In this document: positions 17,174 through 26,728 of the stretch, in pieces
How the letters are laid out: each line of letters begins with the position of its first letter
Numbering within the stretch: position 1 is the stretch's first letter
IMG/VR virus record: IMGVR_UViG_3300021255_000006
DNA length: 64,000 nucleotides
Source of the DNA: an uncultured virus (IMG/VR IMGVR_UViG_3300021255_000006)
Lineage: Duplodnaviria > Heunggongvirae > Uroviricota > Caudoviricetes
Reading direction: 5' to 3' (one strand)
Position numbers and translations under genes: made by a program
Notes under the pieces: generated by a model
Told to the model about the DNA's origin: nothing
Databases searched by the model: none
The model's input: only the letters and a program-made list of their open reading frames with translations

Positions 17174-20044
17174 TCATTCATTAAGATACTTAATAACAGT
17201 ACTAGACGAGACACCAAGTCTATCAGCTATTTCTTTATTTGTAAAGCCAGAAGCTTTAAGAGATTTGATGAGGTTTTGTTTACTAACACTTAACTCTTTA
17301 GTAGCACGAGGCGTTGCACGTTTACGTATATCTTCAGAGTCTGCATACTTAAGAATTTTAGATAAAGTTGTTGGCGCAATTGCACCGTTCTGAATAGCTT
17401 CCCATTCTCGGTCATTAATCGAAATACTTTTTCTTTCAGCACCAACCTGACGGCGTGCTTCCTTAAGTTCGCGATCTCTGGCCTTTTTAATTTCGGACTT
17501 GTCCATACCTGGATTGTCGGCCTGTATTGCTTTAACCCGGTTGGTAGCTAGGACCTGAGCCGCCCTCTCCCTTGGGGAGTTCCTCTCTGCCAGGTCTAAC
17601 TGACGCTTAAGACTGTCAACCTCCTTCTGGTATGCCTTCTTAGCCGAGGCATTGAACTTGATGTCTCCAGTTGCAAGGATTTCTTTTCTTGCTTCATTAG
17701 CCAAACTCTTCATAAAGTTGGCATAGTTTGCATAAGCAAGTTCTTTTGGCGAACGATAATCTGAAATGAGAGTTCGAGCATCCCCCGTCTCCCCCATCTG
17801 TGTAGACTTCTGGGTTCTTGTGATGATACGCCCCGTCTCCCTGTATAAAAACTTACCAGTCTCCGGGTCCTTTAGATACTCTTTAGTAACCGGGTCCTTA
17901 ATCTTTTTACGCTCAGGGTATGTAAGATTGTCTGCTACTTTCCAAACAAGGGAGCCCTCTGGTTTTGAAGGATCATAGTACTTAGAACTAGGAGTATTAA
18001 TATGCGGTGAGCCCTGTCTTTTAAGAACAGACTTCTCACCTTTAGCTCTAGACAATAATGTAGACGCCCCTTCATGATACCTACCATCTTCCGGATCAAT
18101 GTGACCCTGATACTGACGTTTAAGTTGAGCTATACCATTTTCTTTTTCGCTCCTCTTATAATCCAGTTCATGTTTTTCGGCATCAATGACTACCATACTA
18201 TGCTTTACTGCACGAGCAAGCTCGTCTGGAGAAGCCCCTTTTAGAGTCATATCAGTAATAAGATTGGACACAACACCCATTTGCTTCTGAGTATCCTTCA
18301 TGATAGGATACTTTCTACCAGCACTGCCTGGACTATTAGGACCATACTCCTCTACAGTATCGAACCCATCAAGTCCTTTGAGTTTTGGTGTCGACATAAT
18401 ATTAGAACGAGCACTAATAGGTATTACAGCTACCGTATCACCGTCAAAATCTGCACCAGACATACGATCCGCCACGTTTTTAGTAATACCGACAGCATCC
18501 TTGGCATTTTTAGTAATGATTCTGTCGCCTTCTTTGTTCTTATTGTTGACAGTAAGAATCGGTATCTCAAAGGTACCAGCATGAGGGTATCTAACAAGCG
18601 CAACCTTTGTCCCGTTAGCATAGTTAGGAGCATAAACCTCAGTATCTTTAATGGTGGTCAACGGAAGAATAGTAGCATACTTCTGTCCCGGTAAAGCAGC
18701 CGCTTTAAGATGAATAGCTGCAGAATCGCAATCATCAGCAAAATCTGCAAGCAATGCTTTCTTTACTGTCGGATTAGTAAGAGACTTTATTTCTTCATAT
18801 TCTGCTTTTCTATCCGCCATAGTAAGGTTAAGCTGCTGGTTGATAAGTTTTTCTGGCTGTTTAACAAGAAACTGAGAAGGAATCTTGTCTGACCAGTTGT
18901 ACCAATCTCCTTCATCCGACTTTTTATTAATTAACCCAAGATGCTCCTGACCATTTTCGTCTTTCCAATAATACTGACCACCTCGTTCCGGGTCTTTAAT
19001 CAAAGAACCAAAAGGATTATTTGGGTCTTTTTTAATGGGTTTGAGCACGCTATTGCTTTTATCTCCCATGACTGGAGTACCAACATGCTTATTGGTATTA
19101 AATATCACATCAACACCTGGCGGCATATTATCTCCGTAAACAGCCATTCCCTTAAGATAATGAGTGCCTCCGACAAGAATTCGAACCTGGGCATAATTAG
19201 AACCTTGAAGGTCAAGATCTTTTACGCCTCGTCTGATTTCCATTGTCCCGTCTTTAGCAAGACCACCTTCTTCATTATACCGAACCATAAGTCTTTTTGG
19301 GTCCATTGAAGCAGGATACTCAAAAGCTTTTCGAATGTTGTTACCGTTGTCCGTTAATATCATTCCGTAATCTTTTACAGAATTAATATTTCCACTATAA
19401 ATATCTTTATGCTGTGTTCCGGGAGGGCAAAGAACTCTTAAGTTAGTCTGCTTACCCGGATTAGTTACCTGAGGAAGTCCACCGCCGTATGTAGGATATC
19501 CTTCAAGCTCCAGACGATATAAAGCTTGCTTAAGCTTTTCTTCGCTGATGCCAAGTTCTCTTGCCACACCATCGCCAACGTCAACCATTCCTTTTTCGTC
19601 AACTATTTTTTTGAGATAATCAGCTGTTACACGACCTTTCTTCATTCTTTCTTCTGTGTTCTCATTCAGAAGAGACCTGATAGAAGAGTCATTAGAATAT
19701 CCCATTTTTTTGGCAATCTCATTTAAAGAATTTCCTTCTGCACGAAGCCGTCTTGCAGTAGCCACTTCAGCAGCTCTTCTTTCTTCATTAGCAATAGCAA
19801 GCTGCACTCTGAACTGAGTACTGGACAAACCCATACGCTTAGCAATAGCAGTGTCACCTTTATAAATGCGACCAGTATCAGGATCTCTAAAATCAATATT
19901 CTGTTCGCGTTCGCGATCCACTCTTGCCAAGAAGTCTCCGTTTCTCTGGAAAGGGTTATCTCCACTTCCTAAAGGATATCTTCCTGAACCAGGGCCGGGA
20001 GCTCCATCTCGTTTGCTTCTTCCGTAATGATATAATTCGGTCAT
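17174..20044 (-). CDS. Putative single-subunit double-psi-beta-barrel RNA polymerase with N- and C-terminal HTH
   Basis: Catalytic SGADFDGD (DFDGD at 18437-18451); VALVRYPH; YAQVRILVGG...KG; MGVVSN...LARAVKHS..VIDAEK; HTH segments SLNEIAKKMG and TNKEIADRLGVSSSTV. Confidence 0.8.
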   Translation of the reverse strand: MTELYHYGRSKRDGAPGPGSGRYPLGSGDNPFQRNGDFLARVDREREQNIDFRDPDTGRIYKGDTAIAKRMGLSSTQFRVQLAIANEERRAAEVATARRLRAEGNSLNEIAKKMGYSNDSSIRSLLNENTEERMKKGRVTADYLKKIVDEKGMVDVGDGVARELGISEEKLKQALYRLELEGYPTYGGGLPQVTNPGKQTNLRVLCPPGTQHKDIYSGNINSVKDYGMILTDNGNNIRKAFEYPASMDPKRLMVRYNEEGGLAKDGTMEIRRGVKDLDLQGSNYAQVRILVGGTHYLKGMAVYGDNMPPGVDVIFNTNKHVGTPVMGDKSNSVLKPIKKDPNNPFGSLIKDPERGGQYYWKDENGQEHLGLINKKSDEGDWYNWSDKIPSQFLVKQPEKLINQQLNLTMADRKAEYEEIKSLTNPTVKKALLADFADDCDSAAIHLKAAALPGQKYATILPLTTIKDTEVYAPNYANGTKVALVRYPHAGTFEIPILTVNNKNKEGDRIITKNAKDAVGITKNVADRMSGADFDGDTVAVIPISARSNIMSTPKLKGLDGFDTVEEYGPNSPGSAGRKYPIMKDTQKQMGVVSNLITDMTLKGASPDELARAVKHSMVVIDAEKHELDYKRSEKENGIAQLKRQYQGHIDPEDGRYHEGASTLLSRAKGEKSVLKRQGSPHINTPSSKYYDPSKPEGSLVWKVADNLTYPERKKIKDPVTKEYLKDPETGKFLYRETGRIITRTQKSTQMGETGDARTLISDYRSPKELAYANYANFMKSLANEARKEILATGDIKFNASAKKAYQKEVDSLKRQLDLAERNSPRERAAQVLATNRVKAIQADNPGMDKSEIKKARDRELKEARRQVGAERKSISINDREWEAIQNGAIAPTTLSKILKYADSEDIRKRATPRATKELSVSKQNLIKSLKASGFTNKEIADRLGVSSSTVIKYLNE

Positions 20045-20601
20045 GACAATTCCTCTTCACGTTTTCTGGTGATAACTTTATCTGCTAAAATAATCTGATC
20101 CATAATGGGAGCAATAATTTCAGCACCAGGTTTATCAACAATAATATTGTCCATAAAATATAAACGAGTCTCGATATCTATTTCGCCAGGACGATGATTA
20201 TATTCAAGACAAAAAAGAGCAGCATAAATATAAAGCTGCTCCATATGAACAGGAGTCACACCTGTCTTAAGATCATGTATTCTGAGAAGATTATCTCTGA
20301 AACATATAGCGTCAGCAGTTCCAAAACACGTATTGGAATACACCAAAACCTGTTCTGGTTCCATCTTGTAGCCAATTGCATCGTTAACATACATATTCAA
20401 AGTTTTATGCTTTCTCGGAAGCTTTTCACCAAGTTCTATCAGCTTAGCGGCAAGTTCGTGATAAGCAGTTCCTTTTTGCGCAGCAATATAATTAGCATAA
20501 GTATTTGCAATTTTCTCTTCGTCGTAATATATCCAGTGATACTTACTAGGACTTAGAAAAGCATGTTGGCCTTTAAGATCTAAGTGCTTGTTGAAGATCA
20601 T
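20041..20601 (-). CDS. PD-(D/E)XK exonuclease-like protein (DUF2800/Cas4-like fold); start revised to 20601
   Basis: HAFLSPS, GTAYHE, FGTADAI, IHDLKTG, QLYIYA motifs. Confidence 0.75.
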   Translation of the reverse strand: MIFNKHLDLKGQHAFLSPSKYHWIYYDEEKIANTYANYIAAQKGTAYHELAAKLIELGEKLPRKHKTLNMYVNDAIGYKMEPEQVLVYSNTCFGTADAICFRDNLLRIHDLKTGVTPVHMEQLYIYAALFCLEYNHRPGEIDIETRLYFMDNIIVDKPGAEIIAPIMDQIILADKVITRKREEELS

Positions 20602-20872
20602 ATAAAACTTCCTCCACATTTTCTGGAAATATAAATCTTGAGAATGACATCTCATTCATACGATTCACGTAGTATTCCTGTTTAGGACGCTTATTTGCCT
20701 TCGCACTTTTTTTAAACTCAAGCGTCGCCCATTTGTTGCCGTACAATATCAATAGATCTGGAATGCCGCCCTTAAGACTTGCGTCTAGTTTTGTAACAAT
20801 GCATCCTGGAAATATCTTTTCGATTCTTCTGACTGTTTCGGCTTTGAAATCTCCTTCACTTTTTCCGGCCAT
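20573..20872 (-). CDS. VRR-NUC-like nuclease / Holliday junction resolvase (start revised to 20872)
   Basis: GIPDLL...LEFK...Q motif; SD AAGGAGG. Confidence 0.75.
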   Translation of the reverse strand: MAGKSEGDFKAETVRRIEKIFPGCIVTKLDASLKGGIPDLLILYGNKWATLEFKKSAKANKRPKQEYYVNRMNEMSFSRFIFPENVEEVLYDLQQALRS

Positions 20873-20902
20873 TCGAACCTCCTTTCTAAATTCCGGAAAC
20901 AT

Positions 20903-20971
20903 AAAAGAAGAGAAAGCGCATGTCACGCTTTTAACTCTCTTCTCTTCATAAAAGGGGTTGTTTAGTTCGCG
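20903..20971 (-). repeat. 69-bp exact duplicate (copy 2) of a promoter-hairpin-U-tract unit
   Basis: Identical to 13978-14046. Confidence 0.9.
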
Positions 20972-21149
20972 AAGACAAAAATATAAATAGAAAAGAGCGC
21001 GGTCTGAATGCTAAATCCAAACCACGCCCAGATTCTTTGAAAAATTGCAAAAAGATAAAAAGATAAAAATTTTTGCATATTCTTCTATATTTTTATTTTT
21101 TTTCTCATACGAATGTCAAAAAATAGCAAAATATCTATCTTTTTATCTT

Positions 21150-21373
21150 AAATAGATATCTAAAAATTCATTTTTCGATTTTTTAGATATCTAAAAATTC
21201 TATTTTTTAGTTATCTAAAAATTCCACTTTTTGCTCAAAAATATCTTTTTATCTTAAAAACATCATGAATTTTATCTTTTTTTACTATTTTTTAGTTATC
21301 TAAAAATTCATTTTTTACTATTTTTTAGTTATCTAAAAATTCATTTTTTACTATTTTTTAGTTATCTAAAAAA
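21150..21373. repeat. AT-rich iteron-like array, candidate replication origin
   Basis: Six copies of TAG(A/T)TATCTAAAAA; the last three lie in a 33-bp tandem repeat (AGTTATC at 21294, 21327, 21360). Confidence 0.7.
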
Positions 21374-21528
21374 TCGCTTAAATATCCACGAATAAGCTTC
21401 GTTACGGGAACATTTTTTGCTTTGGCCGCATTTTTTAACAGTCCATATTCCAAAGGAGTGACCCTTAATAATATAACTTGCGATTTTTTTTCAACTACTT
21501 TTTTGCTTGGACGACCTCGTTTATTCAT
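21358..21528 (-). CDS. 56-aa ribbon-helix-helix-like DNA-binding protein with RGRP hook (not in ORF track)
   Basis: Manual translation: MNKRGRPSKKVVEKKSQVILLRVTPLEYGLLKNAAKAKNVPVTKLIRGYLSDFLDN. Confidence 0.65.
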   Translation of the reverse strand: MNKRGRPSKKVVEKKSQVILLRVTPLEYGLLKNAAKAKNVPVTKLIRGYLSDFLDN

Positions 21529-21557
21529 TCAGACATTGAACACCTCCCAAATATAAA

Positions 21558-22745
21558 TCAAGCAGCAAACCTGGATTTGAACCTGTATGAATAATTCTTA
21601 TTCTTAGACTTGGTAACAGTCCACCATCCATCGCAATAGGAGAATGTGATGTCACCGTCTTCATAGTTCCTGTAGACATGATCTTCCTTAACACCAGCCT
21701 TCAAAAGTTTCTTCAGAGTATTCTGACGTCCGCCCTTCTTCATAGCATGATGGTAGTTCCAATACCAGCAGATAGCACCGACGAACTTCGCCCATGTTTC
21801 AAGCATAGCACCGCCATCACCATGCCAGCCGCACTTAGCAATATCAGCCCAGAAAGCTACAAAGTTAACTTTAAACACTTTCATCACTACTTCATTACCA
21901 GGGTTCGACAGATCACCGGTCAGCAGAACACGACCAACGCCATCCAGAGTAAACATGGTAGCAATAGACTGATCATTGACAAAGAGGTGGTTGTCACGAT
22001 TCTTAAGCTTATCAGCAGGCACCTGATAAAGACACTTACAATGAATATGACCTACATCAAACGTATCGCCAGTAGTTAAATATGTTACAGGAATCTTCAG
22101 TTTCTTAGCCTTAGCTTCCTGTCTCTGAATAGCCTTGGCAAAGCTTGGCTGATACTTCTTCAGACCATCAATACCAGGCAGATAGAGATGCAGAACCTTG
22201 AACTGCCTCAGAATATCACTCAAATATCCATAGTGATCACCGTGAGCATGAGAGATTACGATAGCATCCAGAGTCTTAATACCGAGCTTCTTGAGCTTTT
22301 TAATGGTGTCACAGCCGTCCATGCCGGTATCAACCAGGACCGCATGCAGAATATCAGTACCGTTCTCAGCATACTCAATGAAAACCTGAGCATCACCGTA
22401 CATACTTTCATGAGTTTCGGTGTGCCAGATAGCTACAAATTTGATTTTTGGGTGATAATCAGGCTTTTTGTAACTGGAATCGCCGCCAGAAATATCAATA
22501 ATTGGCAGGTCTTTACCGTCATTCCATTCAAGGATCTTCGATTTTTCGTACTTTTTGTACTTCTTAACCCTCGCAAGAAGCTTCTCAGCCTTCTTTTTAT
22601 CCTGAAAACTGCCTATTCTTACCTTATATAAGAGTCCTTCCTTAGTAATAGAGGTCTTAAATCCCTTCTCAATCAGATCGACAGACACTTTTTCAGCCGA
22701 TCTCTTAATAGCGTATGCCCCAATTTGTACTCTATACCAGATCAT
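21558..22745 (-). CDS. SPOR domain + metallo-beta-lactamase-fold hydrolase (ComEC/Pce-like)
   Basis: YRVQIGAY SPOR start; LVDTG, SHAHGDH, LLTGD, WHG motifs. Confidence 0.8.
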   Translation of the reverse strand: MIWYRVQIGAYAIKRSAEKVSVDLIEKGFKTSITKEGLLYKVRIGSFQDKKKAEKLLARVKKYKKYEKSKILEWNDGKDLPIIDISGGDSSYKKPDYHPKIKFVAIWHTETHESMYGDAQVFIEYAENGTDILHAVLVDTGMDGCDTIKKLKKLGIKTLDAIVISHAHGDHYGYLSDILRQFKVLHLYLPGIDGLKKYQPSFAKAIQRQEAKAKKLKIPVTYLTTGDTFDVGHIHCKCLYQVPADKLKNRDNHLFVNDQSIATMFTLDGVGRVLLTGDLSNPGNEVVMKVFKVNFVAFWADIAKCGWHGDGGAMLETWAKFVGAICWYWNYHHAMKKGGRQNTLKKLLKAGVKEDHVYRNYEDGDITFSYCDGWWTVTKSKNKNYSYRFKSRFAA

Positions 22746-22884
22746 TTCTCCATTTCCTTATCTTCTCAATCAAAATATCAATGAAAAGGGACAACATTGT
22801 GGCAATCAGAATAGCTCCGCAAACGCACGAAACTATAAATACCACAAATATTGCCCCTAAAAGCACAATAAAAATGTGGATCAT
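22732..22884 (-). CDS. 50-aa hydrophobic membrane peptide (not in ORF track)
   Basis: MIHIFIVLLGAIFVVFIVSCVCGAILIATMLSLFIDILIEKIRKWRNDLV; overlaps both neighbouring genes. Confidence 0.6.
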   Translation of the reverse strand: MIHIFIVLLGAIFVVFIVSCVCGAILIATMLSLFIDILIEKIRKWRNDLV

Positions 22885-24245
22885 GCTTTCCTTTCCTTAA
22901 TCAGGACATTAAAACCGGCATTTCTAGCAGCTGCAGCCACAGAATTAGCCTCTGCAGCATCAAAATATCCATCAATGACCCTGTGATAGCCGTCAAATTT
23001 CTCGACAGTAGCCTCGAGACCCTTGTTCTGTACCTGATATAGTCTCTTTTTAGCGTTGTTTTTACTTCCGAAAGCGCCAAACTGGACGAAATAGCCCTTG
23101 CTCACCTTCTCAGAAGCCGTAGAATTGGTCGAAAACTTGTCAAAATATCCTTTTCCGGCATCTGTACGAGCATTCAGAGCCCTGGTAATACCGGATTTGT
23201 CGTTATTGACAACCACAGCAGGCCTCTCAAACTCCCTCAAAACCACATTTGACGCCTCTTTGATTGAGTTTGCCTTACTCAGAACCTTCATAACATGCTC
23301 ATAAGCTCCAATCTCTTCCAAAAGGAACTGAAGCTGCATGCTCAGATCGTCGATAGAGACCTTTTTCTTCTGTGCAAAATATAAAAGAGCCTGCTTCCTG
23401 GACCACCAAGTCCACTGAGCAAGCCCATAACCAGCCTTATCGTACACAAAGTTCTTATAAGTTCCATCGTTTACTGCGTTTGTGTAACTCTTATCAGTCC
23501 ATCCTTCCCTGTTCTCGAAAGAATTCTGCAAATTATTGGGTCTCAGAGCGCTCTCAGAATATAAATTGCCCATCAAACCAGCCACAGCGTAGTCGTTCAG
23601 ACCCTTACCCTTCAGGAAATTCCAGATATAACGGGCACGATCGTCTTCGGACTCGATCACAACAGCTGTGTTGGGTGTCTCCTGGACCTTATTTTCAACC
23701 GGAGCCGACTTACCGAGTTTTTCATTCACTTCATTGGCAAATTTACCAAGTCTGCTATACAGCCAGTCACCAGGGCAAGCCTTAGCAGCAAACCATCTGT
23801 GCACAGTGATTACCATCTCGTTATCCTTAGGTTTGTAGTTCAGAGTGGTGTTCTTGTCGTTGAACCACAGCATTTTAGTCTTGCCGTATCTCTGGCAAAT
23901 ATCCACAGCCAGATTCACCAGAGAGTCCCACACCTTCTGGTTCATGGCGTAGGGATGCCTGGTGTCGGATGCACACTCAACGGTAATGGCGCGGTTGTCA
24001 TTCCATGCAGAGCTGGAGCACCAGGATCTGTCTTCCTCATCCACATAGCCAGCGATCTCACCATTAGTGCCGATACCGTAGTTGGATGAAGCCTGATAGC
24101 TACTCCTGGCAAAGAGATTACCGCAGGCTGTAGCAGTCATCTGACCAACCATGCAGTGAGGCGTGAAGTAGATAACTTTGTTGGTACGCTGTTTGTTGCG
24201 ATTGGGTGATGCAATGTGAATAGTTGCAAGTTTAGAAAATGACAT
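22881..24245 (-). CDS. Endolysin-like protein: amidase_2 + phage lysozyme-like + SPOR (start revised to 24245)
   Basis: PHC, ASSNYGIG, ITVEC, HRWFAAKACPG (amidase); AGLMGNLYSES...GYGLAQWT...FERP (lysozyme); YFVQFGAF (SPOR). Confidence 0.88.
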   Translation of the reverse strand: MSFSKLATIHIASPNRNKQRTNKVIYFTPHCMVGQMTATACGNLFARSSYQASSNYGIGTNGEIAGYVDEEDRSWCSSSAWNDNRAITVECASDTRHPYAMNQKVWDSLVNLAVDICQRYGKTKMLWFNDKNTTLNYKPKDNEMVITVHRWFAAKACPGDWLYSRLGKFANEVNEKLGKSAPVENKVQETPNTAVVIESEDDRARYIWNFLKGKGLNDYAVAGLMGNLYSESALRPNNLQNSFENREGWTDKSYTNAVNDGTYKNFVYDKAGYGLAQWTWWSRKQALLYFAQKKKVSIDDLSMQLQFLLEEIGAYEHVMKVLSKANSIKEASNVVLREFERPAVVVNNDKSGITRALNARTDAGKGYFDKFSTNSTASEKVSKGYFVQFGAFGSKNNAKKRLYQVQNKGLEATVEKFDGYHRVIDGYFDAAEANSVAAAARNAGFNVLIKERKA

Positions 24246-24415
24246 AATTTTCCTCCATAAATATAAAAAGGAAGAGAGCCTGCAAATGATGCAGACCCTC
24301 CTCAACAATAGGTATCTTATTTAAATATCAATCAGTTCCAATTGCCAACTATGATGCCGGCCACAAAGCCGAGCCAAAACACTACGCAGATCGTGGCCAT
24401 CATGACGTCTCCTTA

Positions 24416-26152
24416 TTACTTCTTGTCTTTCCAGATCTTTCTGATATCATCTTCATCACAGAGAATGATCTTGCAACCCTGATATGTCAGGTTATCTCTA
24501 ACAGACACTACTACAACGGCGTGGGTCTTAGGATCAAACAAACGAACATGCTTGCCTTCTGGTCCAATATACATATAATCGTAATTTTTCCAAGGAACTC
24601 TTACAGCATCACCATACTCGAGCTGGTGCTCTTCCTCTTTGGGCTTAACACCGCAGACTGTCGCAAGCAGATCCTTATTGACTTCGACTTTTGCTTCAAG
24701 AGTGCATCCCTTGCGCAAATTTTCTGTGATCTTGTTATCGGCATCCCGCACAGCTTTACAAAAATCCTCGCAAGCTTTAGTGAATCCTCTGTTGATGCTT
24801 TCCATCGGATGACTGAGATCGTGGATGAAGAGCTTACCATTCTCCATCTTAACAGGCTTATTGTCGAAGTAGAAAGTTGCATCCTTCAGCGTATACCGTC
24901 CGCAGCCTCTCGCCTTTTCGTAATATCTTTTGATGTCTTCGTCAGGAATAATACGGGTATCAGACTCATCAGCCTTTTTGAAAGAATATCCACAACCGCA
25001 TTTGTATTCGTTGGACTCCAGCGGGCATCCCTCACAGTCTCGTTCATAACAGAAATCGGCCAGCCACTTCCTCATACGATCGATTTCATTCTGTTCCTTC
25101 TCTTCCTGCCACTTCTTGTAGACATCCAGGAAGTCGTCCAGATCCATTCCTATGACGTCTTCCATACTTTCACACTCAACATCAAACTCGTAGGGCTGAG
25201 AGTCATTCACATTCTGCAGCATCTCCAAGAGTTTTCTAGCGCCTTCACCCACATAAAGCCGGCGCAAATGCTTGCGACTCTTCTCCATCTCCTCATTTTC
25301 CTGCTGGAGAGCTACAGCCTTTTTAGACAGATCATCCCCTTTCTTCTGGAGTTCTGTGATACTCTTCTTGAAATCTATAATCTTGCTTTTCAAGCTTCTG
25401 TTCTCTTCAAAGAGTCTGTCATAGTCTTTTTTGAGCTCGGTGTACAGTCCAAAATATCTATCGCGCTCTTTCTTCAGATCTTCAAAAGACTGATCATACT
25501 TTTTCAGCAAGAGCTCTCCGAACCGTTTTTCTGATTCCTCGGCTCTTCTCCGCCAGCCGTCAACGCTCAGTTTAGCATCATCAAGTTCTTTCTCAACCCC
25601 CTCTTTTTCACGCTTGAGGTCTACTAGCTTGCTTCTAAGCTCCATGTTTTCCTGTATCTGGCTGGTCCAAAGATGGTTAATGCGATCAAAATTCCTCTGG
25701 AGTTTGGCAAGGCGATCAGACAGATCAGCATTTGCAGAGATGAGAGTTGAGTTTTCTTTGTCCTTTGCGTCAAGATCTTTCTTCAGATCTTCAACCTCAT
25801 TCTCGAGCTTTCTCTTCTTACTGATCGACTCCATAGAGCTAGCAAGAAGTATCTCGTTGGAACGTTTCCAAATATCAATATCTTTTTCAAGCTGTTCATT
25901 CTTTTTTGCAAGCTCGATCGCCTTATCAGAAATTTTGTCGTTATCATCACGAAGAGCCTTGTTGGATCTCTCCAAATTCTCACAGCGATTCTCAAGATCT
26001 TTGATGTGCGCAAACGCAGCTGACCCAGAAAGTTTCTCGTCACATTCTTTAAAAGCCCTGTCGATCGGCGACTCCGTATATGGTGAACTAAGGACGGGTC
26101 CATATGAAAGCGTGTCATAAAGCTCCTGCAGTGCATCATTCTTCAGTATCAT
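24416..26152 (-). CDS. Long coiled-coil protein with Cys cluster
   Basis: Heptad-rich N-terminal ~300 aa; C...C.GCP....C.C. Confidence 0.7.
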   Translation of the reverse strand: MILKNDALQELYDTLSYGPVLSSPYTESPIDRAFKECDEKLSGSAAFAHIKDLENRCENLERSNKALRDDNDKISDKAIELAKKNEQLEKDIDIWKRSNEILLASSMESISKKRKLENEVEDLKKDLDAKDKENSTLISANADLSDRLAKLQRNFDRINHLWTSQIQENMELRSKLVDLKREKEGVEKELDDAKLSVDGWRRRAEESEKRFGELLLKKYDQSFEDLKKERDRYFGLYTELKKDYDRLFEENRSLKSKIIDFKKSITELQKKGDDLSKKAVALQQENEEMEKSRKHLRRLYVGEGARKLLEMLQNVNDSQPYEFDVECESMEDVIGMDLDDFLDVYKKWQEEKEQNEIDRMRKWLADFCYERDCEGCPLESNEYKCGCGYSFKKADESDTRIIPDEDIKRYYEKARGCGRYTLKDATFYFDNKPVKMENGKLFIHDLSHPMESINRGFTKACEDFCKAVRDADNKITENLRKGCTLEAKVEVNKDLLATVCGVKPKEEEHQLEYGDAVRVPWKNYDYMYIGPEGKHVRLFDPKTHAVVVVSVRDNLTYQGCKIILCDEDDIRKIWKDKK

Positions 26153-26154
26153 AG

Positions 26155-26343
26155 TTATTCTCCTTTCTGATTCAACAACGCAATATCATCAACAGGCTTC
26201 TTGGCTTCCTCTACAGTCGGAAAAATAGCAATACCATGCTTCTCCAAAATCTTATTGGTCTCTTCAAGCTTCCGTCCGAGATAGTTAAGGTTGCGGTTAA
26301 TTACCTTCAAAATATCCAGCTGTTTCCTTTCAAACTCTGTCAT
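26155..26343 (-). CDS. Hypothetical protein (MTEFERK...)
   Basis: SD AAGGAG before ATG 26343. Confidence 0.6.
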   Translation of the reverse strand: MTEFERKQLDILKVINRNLNYLGRKLEETNKILEKHGIAIFPTVEEAKKPVDDIALLNQKGE

Positions 26344-26518
26344 AAATACTCCTTTCAAAAGAAAAAAGGGACCATGATTTATTAGTCCCTTTTAGATGCG
26401 AAAATAGACTTGATATTAGACGTGCTACGTCGGGTCGCTACTCCGACAGACGTGAATAAGCCTGCTACCAGGTCAACCTCCTTTCCATTATAGAGGCTGT
26501 AAGTTTGGCGTGTCTAAC

Positions 26519-26728
26519 TCACTTCAGATCATCCTCGAAGGGATCTTTTCTTTTTCTGCGATTATCGATGATTTTCTTGATGGAATTATAGCAGTCAGGA
26601 CACATGTCAAGCTCAGCAGCCTTATTCATGCTACCTGTTGAAGTGACGCGTACAAATCCAATATGGTTGGGAATCTTTGCTCCGAAGTCAAATGCTTTGC
26701 CACAAATATCACATCGCAAACAAATCAT
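26519..26728 (-). CDS. Small CxxC...CxxC zinc-binding protein
   Basis: CDICG and CPDC motifs. Confidence 0.65.
   Translation of the reverse strand: MICLRCDICGKAFDFGAKIPNHIGFVRVTSTGSMNKAAELDMCPDCYNSIKKIIDNRRKRKDPFEDDLK

Noticed and set aside
20041..20601. Cas4 as part of a CRISPR adaptation module
   Set aside because: No Fe-S cysteine cluster, no cas1/cas2, and 11 kb from the RAMP gene; a common phage PD-(D/E)XK nuclease
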